From Guillardia theta CCMP2712 (lineage: Eukaryota; Protista; Cryptophyta), in NCBI RefSeq assembly GCF_000315625.1, contig NW_005434547.1, positions 86,140 through 150,139 of the forward strand: 64,000 bases of DNA, given 5' to 3'. Below the pieces are notes generated by a model. The model had not been told where the DNA came from. It made no database searches and saw nothing but the letters and a program-made list of their open reading frames with translations. Of the stretch, positions 49,321-61,490 are shown piece by piece. The position numbers were made by a program, and so were the translations under genes. Each line of letters opens with the position of its first letter. Positions within the stretch are counted from its first letter, which is position 1.

Positions 49321-50640
49321 TTAGTTGAGGCTTGCAATGCCCCTCAGGAGGAGGACTTCATACGTGTTCCCGGTGTTCTTAGATTTGAACTCCAGCTCTA
49401 CCTTTTTCACAGACAAGATGTAAACCCCTCACTCTGACAACAATCCCAGCAGCATTACCTTGGATCCAGTCGGTCCAAGGAGAACTTCTGCTAATTCAGC
49501 GAGCTTCTTTCCGTACACGTTCTCGCCATCGACCTTGAGTATAATGTCTCCCACCTACAACATCTTTGAGTTGAAGCGCATGCATCCACCGCAACTGCAG
49601 AAGTTGCTAACGGCAGCCAGCCACCTGAATCTTGCCGCACTTGTGCGCTGGTGAGCTCGTCAGCAACGACTTGACTTGGAGGGCCCCCGGATCAGTCGAG
49701 CACTTCTGAAAGTACGCCCCGATGCCAACCCTGTCTGCTGTAGCAGTTGTTTCCTGCGGGATGAATCGGTCATACAACAACCCTGCTCTCGCTCCTTCCT
49801 CACATGGGGACTAGTGAAGCTCACAATCTCTCCTTCCTAGCAGACTAGATCAGACAGAGGTCAGTGAAAGGAGACACGTCGAGACCTTTCGAGGGACTCG
49901 AGAGATCTGTCTCTCAGTCTGCTGCTTGACATCGTTTCTCTTGGCGCAACAGCTCTGTTCAGCTCCCATTTCTCCTGTACACCATCAGAAATCGAATGAG
50001 CATGATTCCTGACAGAGGCGAGGGGAAACTATTCTAAAGCATGATGTGCGCAGAATACTTTCACCAGCCAAGTAGTGAAAAACTGTTAGGACGAATTGGA
50101 TCCAACACCACATTTTGACACCATCCATCTCGCCTATCTAGAATTCTATTGCCTCTGTTCAATTTATCCTAACTCCTGTATTTCATCCTCTCCTAGCTGC
50201 ATAAGATGATCATCGTCTTCGAAACTGCAGATATTCGTTCACAGTGGTAGCTCGTGTCCTACGAGACTCTCCTAAACAAGTTCACAACCTAGAAAATTCT
50301 CATCTCAGTCTGGTTTGTTGCGCTCATCTTTACACGTTTATATCTTGGATTTCAGGAGCCACACAAAGACGATAGCCGGGGAGCTTTCTAGCTTGTCTGG
50401 CACCATTTGGCTCCTGACAGTTTTTGTTCCAACAACCTTTTCCTGTCCCATGTGACAATATTACAAGCAATGAGGTATGATCTGCTTGACAACCAGCACA
50501 AAGATTGACCATCCTTGTTCTGCAAGCACGTCTATATCCTGCTCCCAATCCATAACATTGACGTTGTCACTCTGTGCCTCTTCCTCGAATGCACCGAGTC
50601 TCTTTGCCTTGTCTCTGTTGCCAAGTTCAGCTAGCCTCCA
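49321..50640 (-). CDS. Protein with a C-terminal PDZ domain; multi-exon, start uncertain
   Basis: Spliced VGIGAYFQKC...VKSLLTSSPAHKCGKIQ/VGDIILKVDGENVYGKKLAELAEVLLGPTGSK/VELEF...LLRGIASLN*. Confidence 0.8.
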
Positions 50641-50954
50641 TCACCATCTTCTGCTGATCAACTTTCACGAGGAATGCCTTGTATCTTCTATCCTGTACGG
50701 CATTCCTCGTTTCTCATCTTCCTTCCTCTACTCTTGCATGGCTCTTCGCTATGGTTGCATTTTCCGGGCCTTCATCGCCACAAATCAAATATCGACCCTA
50801 CCTCCCTGCAAACCCTACCCCACTCCTCCTACCGTAGTACCCCATTTTGATATCGTTATCACCCCTGTGTTCTCTATCCCCTTCCCTTGTATTTCACCAC
50901 CCCCTCCCTGCAAAATAACCCCCACCCCTCCCAGTACTAAGTTTGAAACTTGTT

Positions 50955-51660
50955 ACACCCGACCGGCGGACCGGGTGCCCGCGGCAGTGCCAGGAATCGG
51001 AGGGGACCTATCCTCGGACCCCCTCTTCTGACCGTGCCTACCCTCTAGGCTTACCACCTCTGGGCCGGGGGCTTCGCGCCACTAGAACTGATCGGACCCA
51101 CCCCTTTGCAAGTAATCATGGCAAGTTCGATGAAGTACCCCCTCCCCCCGGTAGGCTTGGCCGGTCGGTCACGGTGCCAGTTGGCAGCGGCGGCCGCGCG
51201 TTGAAACGGCCGGCACTTCCGTCCGATCCGGGGCCGCGCCCCCCGAGCCCGGCCGGCCCGGATCGCCGGATCGCCGTGACACTCGGCCCGGAGGCTCAGT
51301 GCCGACCGGGGGGGGGCGCCGGGCCGTCGGCACTGAGTCACGGTCACCGATCCGAGGCGGGCGGTTCGCCGTGACGGTCACCGTACGCCCCGGGTCACGG
51401 TACACCGAGTGTCACCCGGTGACCGGCGCCTGCTGGCACCGTGACCCCGGCCGGGCGTCCCGGGCCCGGCCGGAGTCACCGACTCGAGTCCTCGGATCCG
51501 ACGGTCACCACGCCGGTACGCGGCCCGGCCTTCAAGTACTGCGCAACTTGATGAATCAGAGTCTTACAGAGCGTTCAGTGTCGAGAGTTCCAAGGCAGGC
51601 CTCACCGTCGGCTAGTCCTGGCACAGTACGGTACGGTATGTGTGTTTAGCCTGAGAATCC
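50955..51660. repeat. GC-rich palindrome-dense island
   Basis: Same vocabulary; C-rich shoulder at 50790-50940. Confidence 0.75.
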
Positions 51661-51908
51661 GATCCATTACACTCATGACAAAAAGAGAGTTTCTTTCCAT
51701 GCAATCGTATGCTTCATTTTCATTTGTGTTATGCCAAGAAGTTCTGATCAGCTCGCTGTCATCTATCATCTGCAACTTTCATATCACCATAGTTTATTAA
51801 AATCAAAACCAGCACTCAAAGCACAAACAAAACAACCCAGCATAATCAAATTGCAGTGCGGCAAAAGAACAAAACAATGAAACCTACAAACAAAGACTGA
51901 CAAAGACT

Positions 51909-52382
51909 TCATGCAGGACTACGACCGGTGCAAGCTGACTGCTCCACATGGTCCAGCGCCTCGTTTAAAAGGTCTGCATCTAAGCCAATTCTCCATTGCA
52001 GAAAAAACTGCTGCTGCTTCCCCTCTCCAATCAAGCCAACGAGTGCCTGGTTTCTTTGTTCAATAGCCATGAGGTCTTGCCTTCCAGACATGCTATCACT
52101 ATCATCATGGTGATCTATCTTCATCAAATCACTGCAATCATATTTGCTCCAGCTGCGAATCCGACAATATGGCCATTTGTCGAACCCCAGTCGGCGGCAA
52201 GCTTTCTTGAGGGCTGTCAACGAGATACCCAACTTGGTTGCGGCATCTACCTGCTTGAGTTGCTGAAGCTGCATGATGTCCTCTCTCTTGATCTCCACTG
52301 TTGGGTTGGGCTTTCCGTTGTTTCGTCTCGTGGATATGGTAATGCTATTCGGCCTTGGAACGGCACTTGCTACTTTCGTCAT
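51909..52382 (-). CDS. RWP-RK domain transcription factor
   Basis: IKREDIMQLQQLKQVDAATKLGISLTALKKACRRLGFDKWPYCR. Confidence 0.9.
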   Translation of the reverse strand: MTKVASAVPRPNSITISTRRNNGKPNPTVEIKREDIMQLQQLKQVDAATKLGISLTALKKACRRLGFDKWPYCRIRSWSKYDCSDLMKIDHHDDSDSMSGRQDLMAIEQRNQALVGLIGEGKQQQFFLQWRIGLDADLLNEALDHVEQSACTGRSPA

Positions 52383-53329
52383 TCTTCCGGTTTTCGCACT
52401 ATGGCGCAACAGGCAAGAAGCAGAGAGCCCAAGATAGAGACTGATGACACTAGAGACCTTGGTGCACAGAGTGCCAGCTGAATTCGGTCCAACGATCCAA
52501 GTAGCAGAAGAGGATGGGAAGAAATAAAGGAACGATAGCAACAAGTTGGCCACAACAATGGCTGGAAGACACTGTCTGGCGGGGAGGGGAAGAATGGACG
52601 AGGAGAGAAAGAGGTATGGAGAGGAGTAGATGTGAGAAAGAGGTGGAGCGAACAAGGATCAAAGCTCAGGGCGGAGGAGCGTTGAACAGGTGAAGCAAGG
52701 GGCCACGAGTTGAAAGGGAGCGAAGGACCAAAACAAGCCGAGGAAAGACCCATCGAAAGAGGGGGTGGGGTCATTAAAAGTAGGGTCATTTTAATCTTCA
52801 ATGTCTCGAGAGTACGGGTGGTTTCAGATGATTTTACAATAGGGGTGGGGCACTACAACGGGGAATGCGTGACTCCTTCCGTAAACCAGGGGGTTGGGTG
52901 ATGCTAGAAGGGAGGTCGTAAGTCATGGAACGATCGCCACCAACTGTTGCGATCTCGGTATCCAAATCCGGAGATGCCAAGAAGATTGGTTTTAGCATTT
53001 CGAAAAGGTCTACTTTCGAAGGACTTGTTGGGGTCGTTTACTCAAATATACAAGTTTGTGACTACTGGTATTCTAATATCCAGGTGAAAGATATGTGACA
53101 ACAGCCTATGGTGGCTACACCACCCTACTGAATAGGCACCGCCCACTACCGTGTTGCACTCAAAGGGTGGGGTAGACACAACCGGACACTCGTCAGGGTG
53201 GGGTGCTGAAGTTGAAGCCTGCAAAATGGAGACGTGACTTCGGTACTCCGAGGGGCTCCAATACACATTTGTACCGAGTTTACCACACAGGATCGGATCC
53301 TTCGTTCTTACTAGTATGTGATATAAACT

Positions 53330-54860
53330 AGTAGCCGCTCTATTAGTACGGGACCGTGCCAGTAGTACTACGGCGTTCTCCCCCTCGAGAGGCCTTGAGT
53401 CAGTCAGCGTTTACACCAATAGTACCAGTAAAGTCAGTACCGTAATTGCCGCCAAGTCCGAGCACTATACTGAACCCGGTACGGTACCCGCTAGCTGAGC
53501 GGCCGGCCAGTGGTCGCCGGGGGGCGCGGCATGATGAGGCCCGGGTCAGGGTACACACTACTGAGGTTGCCGGCCCGGCCGGGCCGGGCCGCCCGGCCGC
53601 CTGGCACCCCGGGCGTGACTCGCCTCACACCGGGTGAGTCACGCGGCCCGGGGGGAGCTTGAGTCATCAGTCAGTGAGGGGCCTCCGGCCGGCTCCCGGA
53701 CTCCGGAGTCCCGGTTCAAACCGTTGGCAAGTTGTTACCGTACAGTGACGGCCATCAACTTGCCCGAGTCAGTGGCTCCGGCGGACTCGAATCCGACTCG
53801 GAGGCTGATCGGAGACTCGGAGACTCGGACGGACGCCGGGTCGGACTCCCCGCCCCCCGGCGGCGCCGGCGGCCGCCGCAAGCCACGGTTTCAAGTTGGT
53901 CACCGGGCCCAAGTTGAATAGGCCACGGTACTACCCGGCGTACTTCCGAAGTTCCCGGAGTCCGGGCCCGGCCGGAGCCGGGCCTGGAGTCGGCCGGCCC
54001 AGCCGCCGGGGCCCCGGGCGGCCGGGCGGGCCGCCGGGCCGGACTCGGACGGTCCGATCCGGGCCGGCGGCCGCGCGCCGGGCGCGGCCCGGCGGCGCCG
54101 CCGCCCGGGCCGGGCCGCCGCCCGAATTTCGGCCGTGGCCCGGGCCAGTCATGAGTGGCACTGCATGATCCGATGATCCGATGATCGGTCGCCGAATCAG
54201 GCGGCGTCACGGTGCTGACGGCCGAGTCCCGGACGGTCCGGCGGACTCGTACAGCCTGGCTTGAAGCCTCAGCAGCGGCACGGTCCGATCCGATCACTAT
54301 CTGTACGCGGCCTGACTCGGTCCGATCACTGAGAGTCACGGTCGGGCTCGGACTCCACCCTCGGAGGCTCGGACCGTGTGAGTCCCGGGCTCCCCGGCCG
54401 GGCGGCCCGTCGGCGGCCCCGGCGCCGGGCGCGCGGCCGGGCCGTGACTCCGGCCCGCCGCTGAGAGGCGCTCGCCGCGGCGGCCGCGCGCCGCGCGGCC
54501 CGCCGGCGAGCGGCGGAGTCACTGTCCGGCGATCCGCGGCGGCCGGGCCGCGGGCGTACTGACACGGCCTGAGCCTCTTGTCCACAATGATGATTCAATG
54601 ACTCCGAGCACCATGCCAGGCCGGCGTTCAACCCGGCGTACGGTAGTACCGGAGATCATCACGGCGAGGTCACCCCGTCACTCGGACTGGCCGCCGCCGG
54701 CGCGCGGGCCGGGGCGCTGCCACGGACGGTCAGACTTCAGTCCCGGGTCCGTCGCCGTGGGCCGCCGCCGCCGCCGGCCGGGCGGCCCCCCCGGGGGCGG
54801 CGGGCCGCTGCCCGGCCACTGAGGATCGGGCAAACAGTCAGTGCGTCCGAGCGAGAACCA
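53330..54860. repeat. GC-rich palindrome-dense island with 35-mer variants at its right edge (54872-54900, 54931-54954)
   Basis: Same vocabulary; TTCCGAAGTTC at ~53943. Confidence 0.8.
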
Positions 54861-55449
54861 AACCTACTATTCTGATCTTTAAAACTTAACTTTGAGTAAA
54901 GCATCACTATCCTGCCAACTGCTGTCCCCCAAACTTAACTGATACTTTGAGTAATCATTATAATAAACAATGAACCGGATACAAACCTGTGTCCTTTCAT
55001 TGCCGGGTGTTCCCCGACTCTTTCCCACTACCCTCTTCTTGACCTGAAAGTACCCCACTTCTTTCCCTGAAAGTACCCCTCTGCTTCCCCTGAAAGTACC
55101 CCGCCCTTCTCCGTCTACCCCCACTATGATTGAAGCTTGCAGCAGTACGTAAGATGCCTGCTTTGTAAACGGGCGACCCCTTGGAGCCCTACGAAGAAGG
55201 CGAAGGGGACAAGGAGAAAGGTGTAAGAGGGAGGGCTGCTCAGCTGGTATCATCGGCTAAGAGGACAGAAGACAAGCTCCTTGCTCTGGAAGAGAGTTGC
55301 TCTAGGAGAAGCAGCTGTCACAAGGGAAGAGCAGCGTGAGGGACTGTTGAAGAGGCTGGAAGGGCTTGCACGGCACTGTGCGTGAGGGTGATTGAGAACA
55401 GGAGACAGGAAAGAACGAAACAAACATCACAAACACGAGCATACATTAA

Positions 55450-56012
55450 TGTGCCAAGTGGAAGGGATCATTCCGTCCTCAGCTCTTGCCAGTCACTCAG
55501 TGGAAGAGCTGACATGGCATCAGTTCCGGGACATAACCAGCAGCGACACCTTGTATCCGGCGCCCCATCATCATAAGACTCACAGTGTGGTCCTGACCTA
55601 TGATGAGTTCTCCTCCAACGTCCCAGCAGACTTCCTCCTTGATGCCTACCTCGACGGCGTCTCCAGCGACTGGATGGGAGCTGGGCTGTGCATGGACGAT
55701 GGGCCGAGGAAGCATAGTCTCCGACTTTTTGACGATTTTCGATTTCCTTTCACGGATCACAATGAAGAAGATTCGCTCAACTTCAGGGAGGAATGCTCCT
55801 GCTGTGAAAGAGGCAACCTGTGCGACGGGATAGTTTGCACCTATCAGGCCCCTCCTCCTGTTTCCTTCAACACGATCCGGAGCAAGGATGGCAGCAAGTC
55901 TTGGAGGTTTAGGGTTTACAACTCGCAGGGTCCAATCGAGGTCTACTCAGAGGAAGTACACTTGTGGAGAAGGCACAGGAACAGGTGTATGGGGTTACAA
56001 GGACTGCTGTAA
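55450..56012 (+). CDS. Hypothetical protein
   Basis: Open frame of about 187 codons with normal composition; no family recognised. Confidence 0.5.
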
Positions 56013-56300
56013 GTCCTTCCCAACTGTAACGCTTCTCAACTTGCCCTCAGTCTCATCGATGGTTGTGTTTGATTGAAAGTGAGAACAATGATACCGGTTG
56101 ATGCTTGTCATAGTAAAGAATAAATCATTTAATACACCTCATCCCGTCTCCCATCTTCATCCTTGTCTAAGGAGAACCACACTCTAATCACACCTGTCAT
56201 CACCCCTGGTAAATCCCTCACGTCCCTCCTCAGTCCGCTCGCATCATTCTCGCAAAGCATGTCTTTCTTCTCAATGCTGCTCGTGCTCTTTCCAGAGTGA

Positions 56301-57420
56301 TTACTGCTGCTTCTTCTCCTGCACCTGCTCCTCTCGTGCCTTCACAGCAGGAGGGACAATCATCTGTAACAAATATCGATCACCGCCATGCCTGAGCCAA
56401 GGAGCAACTCTCCTTAGCTGAGACCAGGAGGGCCCCGGTAACATACCCGAGCATCCCGCAGCCTTGCGAACAGGAGTTTCAGGAGAAATGAAGACGAAGA
56501 GTTGGAAAAGGAGGAGGAAAAGGAGGATGGAGATGAGGTGGAAGAGGAGAAGAAGGATGAGGTGGAAGAGCAGTTGGACGAGGAGGGGGCAGATGAGGAG
56601 GGGATAAGCACAAGTTAGATCAGAACTGACCACATTGCAGCAAGATCGCACTATGGAGATCAAGATACCCTTGCAGGTAGTGAATCTGTTGGAAACAACC
56701 AATCACAATGAGGGAATAGCAGGCAAGTCATCCATACAGCAATCCCGAAGGCGAGGAATATGACAGCACTCGACGAATTCTTCGCATTTTTGGCCAAATG
56801 CGTGTGTGAAAAAAAACAGCTACAAGGTAATCAGCAAACACAGCAGGAAAACTTGACAAGGATGTTCCTTACCCTCCCATCAAGAAACCAAGAATCATCT
56901 GCGAGTACATCAAATGTTTGCCGTTGTCGTAGAGGTTTAGGAAGCCGATGCTTGCTTGCACCAGGCCAATCACTGGAACCATCCTGCCATGGATATGAGA
57001 GCCTCCCTTTGGAACACTGTCGCTACCAAAAGGGGATGCCAAACTCCAACTCGAGCTCCCGAGCAAGAATCCCCTGATGATGATGAGCAAGTCAGAAGGT
57101 TTGCAGTGATGTAGCACGAGGGACGGGGAAGGGAAGAAGCGTCAGGGGTAGGAAGAGGGAGAGGAGAATGGGGAGGGGCAAGGAGATAGGAAGAAAAGAG
57201 ATGGTGGGAGAGGTGTGGCAGCGAGAGGAGTGGGGGCAAGGGGGGGTGGCAGGGGAGGGGAGGGGGAGGGGGGGGGGGGTTTCGTCATGCAGCTACCTTG
57301 AAGAAGTCAGAAGTGAAGAGAAATGCCATGAAGCCGAGGATACCTGTCTCAAGTAGCCTTGCAGGCAGGAAGTCAATACAGGAGCACTTCCTGCTCTGCC
57401 ATCCTAGCTTGTATGGGAAA
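56301..57420 (-). CDS. Possible multi-exon membrane protein
   Basis: Hydrophobic exon-like pieces (LETGILGFMAFLFTSDFFK; MVPVIGLVQASIGFL...MILGFLMGG); last exon MIVPPAVKAREEQVQEKKQQ*. Confidence 0.35.
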
Positions 57421-58524
57421 CCCCATTTGCTGTGTGTTGAGGGCTATAGTGCAGGCGGATGATGTGATGGGTAAACGTTCATCGATGTGATGGGTAAACG
57501 TTCATCTCAGAAGGGCGAAATGTCGTTCTCACAACCAAAGCAAGCGACCTCGCGCTCAGCGAGGAGATCAAGCAACACAGTAAGTTATTTGAGCATAATT
57601 TCTAAATGTTCTCTTCTCCGTTCACCCTACATGCCGATAACGAGTGCGTTTCTGTCTTCTTTAGCACCTTCTATGTCGAACCAATCAACTTGATGCTGAC
57701 TCGCTCTCCGTTCTCCTCGTACTCTGTGCTTGCCCTGGAAATCCTTTTATCCTTCTCCTCCCTACTCGCACTTCTCCTTCCTCGCTCCTGTCACTCCTCG
57801 CTCCTCTCACTCCTCCTGCCTCGCTCCTCTCTTTCACCTATCCTCCCTCCTCCCTCCTCCCTCCTCCCTCCTCCCTCTTCTCTTCTCTCCTCCCTCACCT
57901 CAGGAACTCAACCCACTCACTGGGCTGGATATAAGCCATGTCGGGCGCAAGAATGGCAGGCTAAGACTACCGGTAGTTGAGACCAATTTTGAATCGTTTT
58001 GGTGGGGTAGGTAGTATGGCACGAAGGATCTTCCATGCTCAGGGAGCGATTGGCTGCAGGAAGCGAAGCAAATGAAGGGAGGTAGGAAGGATGAGGAGGA
58101 GAAGGGAGGGAAGGAGGAGAGGGAAGGGAAACAAGGGAGAGGGAGAAGGAAAACAAGGGAGGTAGAGAAGGGAGGAGAGTGGGTAAAGGCAAGCATGGAC
58201 TGAAACGTGAACGGATTCCCGAGAAGCTGTCAGTATGATTGAGACGAGGCATCGAATGATGGAGTAGATATCAGTGGATGATGGATAACATCAGCGATGT
58301 AGGATGGTGGAGACACAAGATGGTACATTACGGCTAAGAGCATTCGTAGGATTCAGAAGGATGAGATAACGGTGTACGCCATGGTCAACGATACGATTCA
58401 GCAAGGCAGCAAGCAACATTCGTACATAACTTGGTTTATTCTGGTCTGAGGTGTGTCAGGATCCCATGAAACTGCACGGCTGGCAGCGAGGAAGCGACAT
58501 GCTGGAGGCAAGCACTGAGGCCCC

Positions 58525-59969
58525 TCATACCCGGGGGACCTGGGGCTGCGCCTCCTCCTCGGCGAACTGCTTCATCATCTCCTTCTGCTTCTCAGTCATC
58601 TGCATCGCAAGCGTCAGCTCTCAGCAACTCACTTGCTCATGGCGCGACTCACGTTCTTAGGAACGACCACCTTGAAGTGAACCACCAGGTTGCCGAACCT
58701 GTTCCCGTCCATGTGCCGTGCCCCGTGCCCAGTCAGCACTCGGGTGCTCCCCGGCTGGATCCCAGCTGGGAGCGCGATCTCCTGCTCCTTCTCGAGGGTG
58801 GGGACCTTGATCTTGCACCCGAGCACGGCCTGCGACACAGACAGCGGGTACTCCAGATGAACGTCCGCGCCTTCTCTCCAGAAGAAGGGATGGCTCTTAA
58901 TGTTGACGGATATGTACAAGTGACCCGGCGGCTGCCCACGGTCCCCTGACTCTCCCTTGCCCGGCATGCGCAGCCTCACGTCCGGGTCCAGCCCCCCCCT
59001 GATCTGCACCGTGATCTCTTCCTCCGCCTCCACCTTGCCGCTGCCTCTGCATCTCTTGCAAGGAGTGTCTACCGTGGACCCCTCGCCGTTGCAGGTGCTG
59101 CACACCGACTGGACTTGGATGAAACCCATGGCTGTTTCCATCACTTCGCCAGTGCCCCTGCAGGTCGGGCAGGTCCGGCGCTTCGTCCCCGGCTCCGCCC
59201 CCTCTCCGTTGCAAGGCTTGCAAGTGTCCTTCTTGCGCACACGGATCGTCTTGGAGCAGCCCTTTGCAGCCTCCATGAAGGAGAGGTCGATCTGTACATG
59301 CACGTCCTTCCCTGCTCCCCTCCTTCTTGAGTTCTTCCTCCCTCCAAACATGCCGCTCAGCTCCTCGAAGATGTCCATGGGGTCGCCACCAAAGTTTTGG
59401 AACCCTTGGAAGCCCTCGAAGCCCCCGAATCCACCAGCCGCATTCCCATTCGCGTCCATGCCACCCATATCGTACATCCTCCTTTTCTGCTCGTCCGAGA
59501 GGATCTCGTATGCATTGTTAAGTTCCGAAAACTTCTCCTGCGCCTTGGGATCCTCTTTGTTCACGTCGGGGTGTAGCTTCTTTGCTTTCTGGAAGTATGC
59601 TTTCTTGATTTCCTGCGATGAAGCTGATTTGGGCACACCTAGCACCTCATACAAATCCTTTGCCAACACCGGAGAGCTCGAGCGAAAAAACCTTTTCCCA
59701 TAAAAACTGCAGGCGTGGAGGTGCTTCAGATTCATGCTGCTGCCACATCGGCCAGAGAAGCTCCAGGATGGGCTGGAGCCTGCTGTCTTACAGTCATCGA
59801 CGGCTTGCTGTCTGAAAACGCTCGTCGAAATTTTCCTCTTCTCAACACGCATTCTTGAGCAGCTCGTCAGATTCCGCACTGAGTGCGCAATCCGATCTAT
59901 TCGGGTCGCCCCCATCACGTTTCTTGCTGCTGTCATGAGCCCATTGACATTCATCTGCAATTTGTACAC
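58525..59969 (-). CDS. dnaJ: Class A DnaJ/Hsp40, probably mitochondrial; may have a further upstream exon
   Basis: J domain with HPD, G/F-rich region, four CxxCxGxG repeats, C-terminal domain; Arg/Ser-rich presequence ending [11 protein letters not shown]. Confidence 0.95.
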
Positions 59970-61099
59970 CTGAGAGTCCAGATGTCACTGTGAGAACTAA
60001 GCTTTTTTCAAGATGGTGTGAAAACAGGAGTAGGCACCGCATGTTTTGTGGGAATGTCAAATTGCCTTGATATGCTGCAGTGCCTCAAGTTTCTACATCA
60101 AGAAGCTCTAGCCCGAATAGCACTTATTCTCCTATCATTTCACTCTTTCATCTTCAGCCATGTATATTTGAACACAAACTCCGAAGAAATCAACCTCGAA
60201 TAGAACACGAAACTCTCATGCAGAACTATCTCAAAGCATTTACAATGTCCGTCCGTCTCTTCAGCCTACAGCAGGCCAGCTACCTTCCAAGCACTGACTC
60301 TTGCTTTCTTTCGATAATCGCCCAACGCCTTCAGACATCACCAGAAAATCGCTCTTCTTTCCTATGGGTAAAAGTCTGTTGTATCTCAAATGCTTGCTTT
60401 GCGAGGGCTCGCAAAAGCTGAGTTTCCTCTTTCCTTCTTGTCTCATCCCCTCCTGCTCTGACACATCTCAAACACTCTGATCCAAATCGTGTTGTCCTCT
60501 CCTTCATGCTACCGTCAAGTGAACGCTCCTCTCCTCTCCCCCCGTCCCATCGCAATTCCACTTTCTTCTGCGGCATGGAACAAGCTCGTGCTACATCTGT
60601 TTACCCGCAGAATGTTCCACCCTGTTGTTCACACCCCCCACCCCCAAACTTTGTGATAGTACCCACCATCATGTCTCCAAAAAAACCATCAATGTACGGG
60701 TAGAACTGGGTACAATTGAGTCTCGAGGGGTGGGTAGGGAGAGGTTCAAGTGTGGGGTGGGCAAGTGCGGCATTGTGGGGTCAACGCGAAATGCTAGTCA
60801 CGATACCTTGATGAATTGATAGGGTTGGGGTGGTCAATCTTTCAAAATGGAGGGGTGAGGGTAGTCTTATAACCCTACGAATCATAATTAATTGAGTGGG
60901 TAGTGGTTGTATATGGGTGGTATGAATTTCAGAACGTGGGGTACTGTGTCGACATCCACCAAGGGTACTTGTCGGGGTGTAGAAATATAATCCAAGCGGT
61001 GGGGTACATGAGGGTAGGGGTCATGGGTCCCCCATCGTACCGAAAACATTTGTTGGATCAGGGTAGTAGTGTTCGTGAGATAAGGTAGCAGGGTGGGGT

Positions 61100-61490
61100 A
61101 CTGACTCGTCCGATTTCAAGGTTTCACCCCGGGTGACGGGCCGCGGCCGGCACCGTCCGATCGGAGCCTGACTGCCGGTCCGGCGGGCCCGGTGACGGTG
61201 CAGTGCGCCGTCCGACCGTTGGACCCGGCCGGCCCGCACTGCCGCAATAGTAGGCGGCAGTCCTGCCGGGCCCGGCGTGCTGCGTCTCGGATTCCGAATC
61301 AGTGCCCCCCGGGCCCAGCCCCCAGGCCCAGCCCCCGGGGCCTGCCGTGGCACGGTCATCGCCCCGGCGGCGGTTTTATCGGTGAGTGGCATTCTCAGAT
61401 TCATGCCAACTTGAAGTTCATCGGCGCGATCGACTTGAAGACGCTGAGCCGCCGAGGGCCTGCCACCGGGTAGCCGGCGGTGCCGTGACT
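61100..61490. repeat. GC-rich palindrome-dense island
   Basis: Same vocabulary; G-rich shoulder at 60690-61100. Confidence 0.7.

Noticed and set aside
33407-52382. CPS plus RWP-RK as a nitrogen gene cluster
   Set aside because: They are over 11 kb apart with unrelated genes between; proximity alone is not evidence.
6421-54954. The 35-mer as a CRISPR repeat
   Set aside because: Copies are kilobases apart and in both orientations, with no regular spacers and no cas genes, in a eukaryotic context.
57461-57506. 23-bp perfect tandem duplication
   Set aside because: An ordinary slippage event with no further structure.
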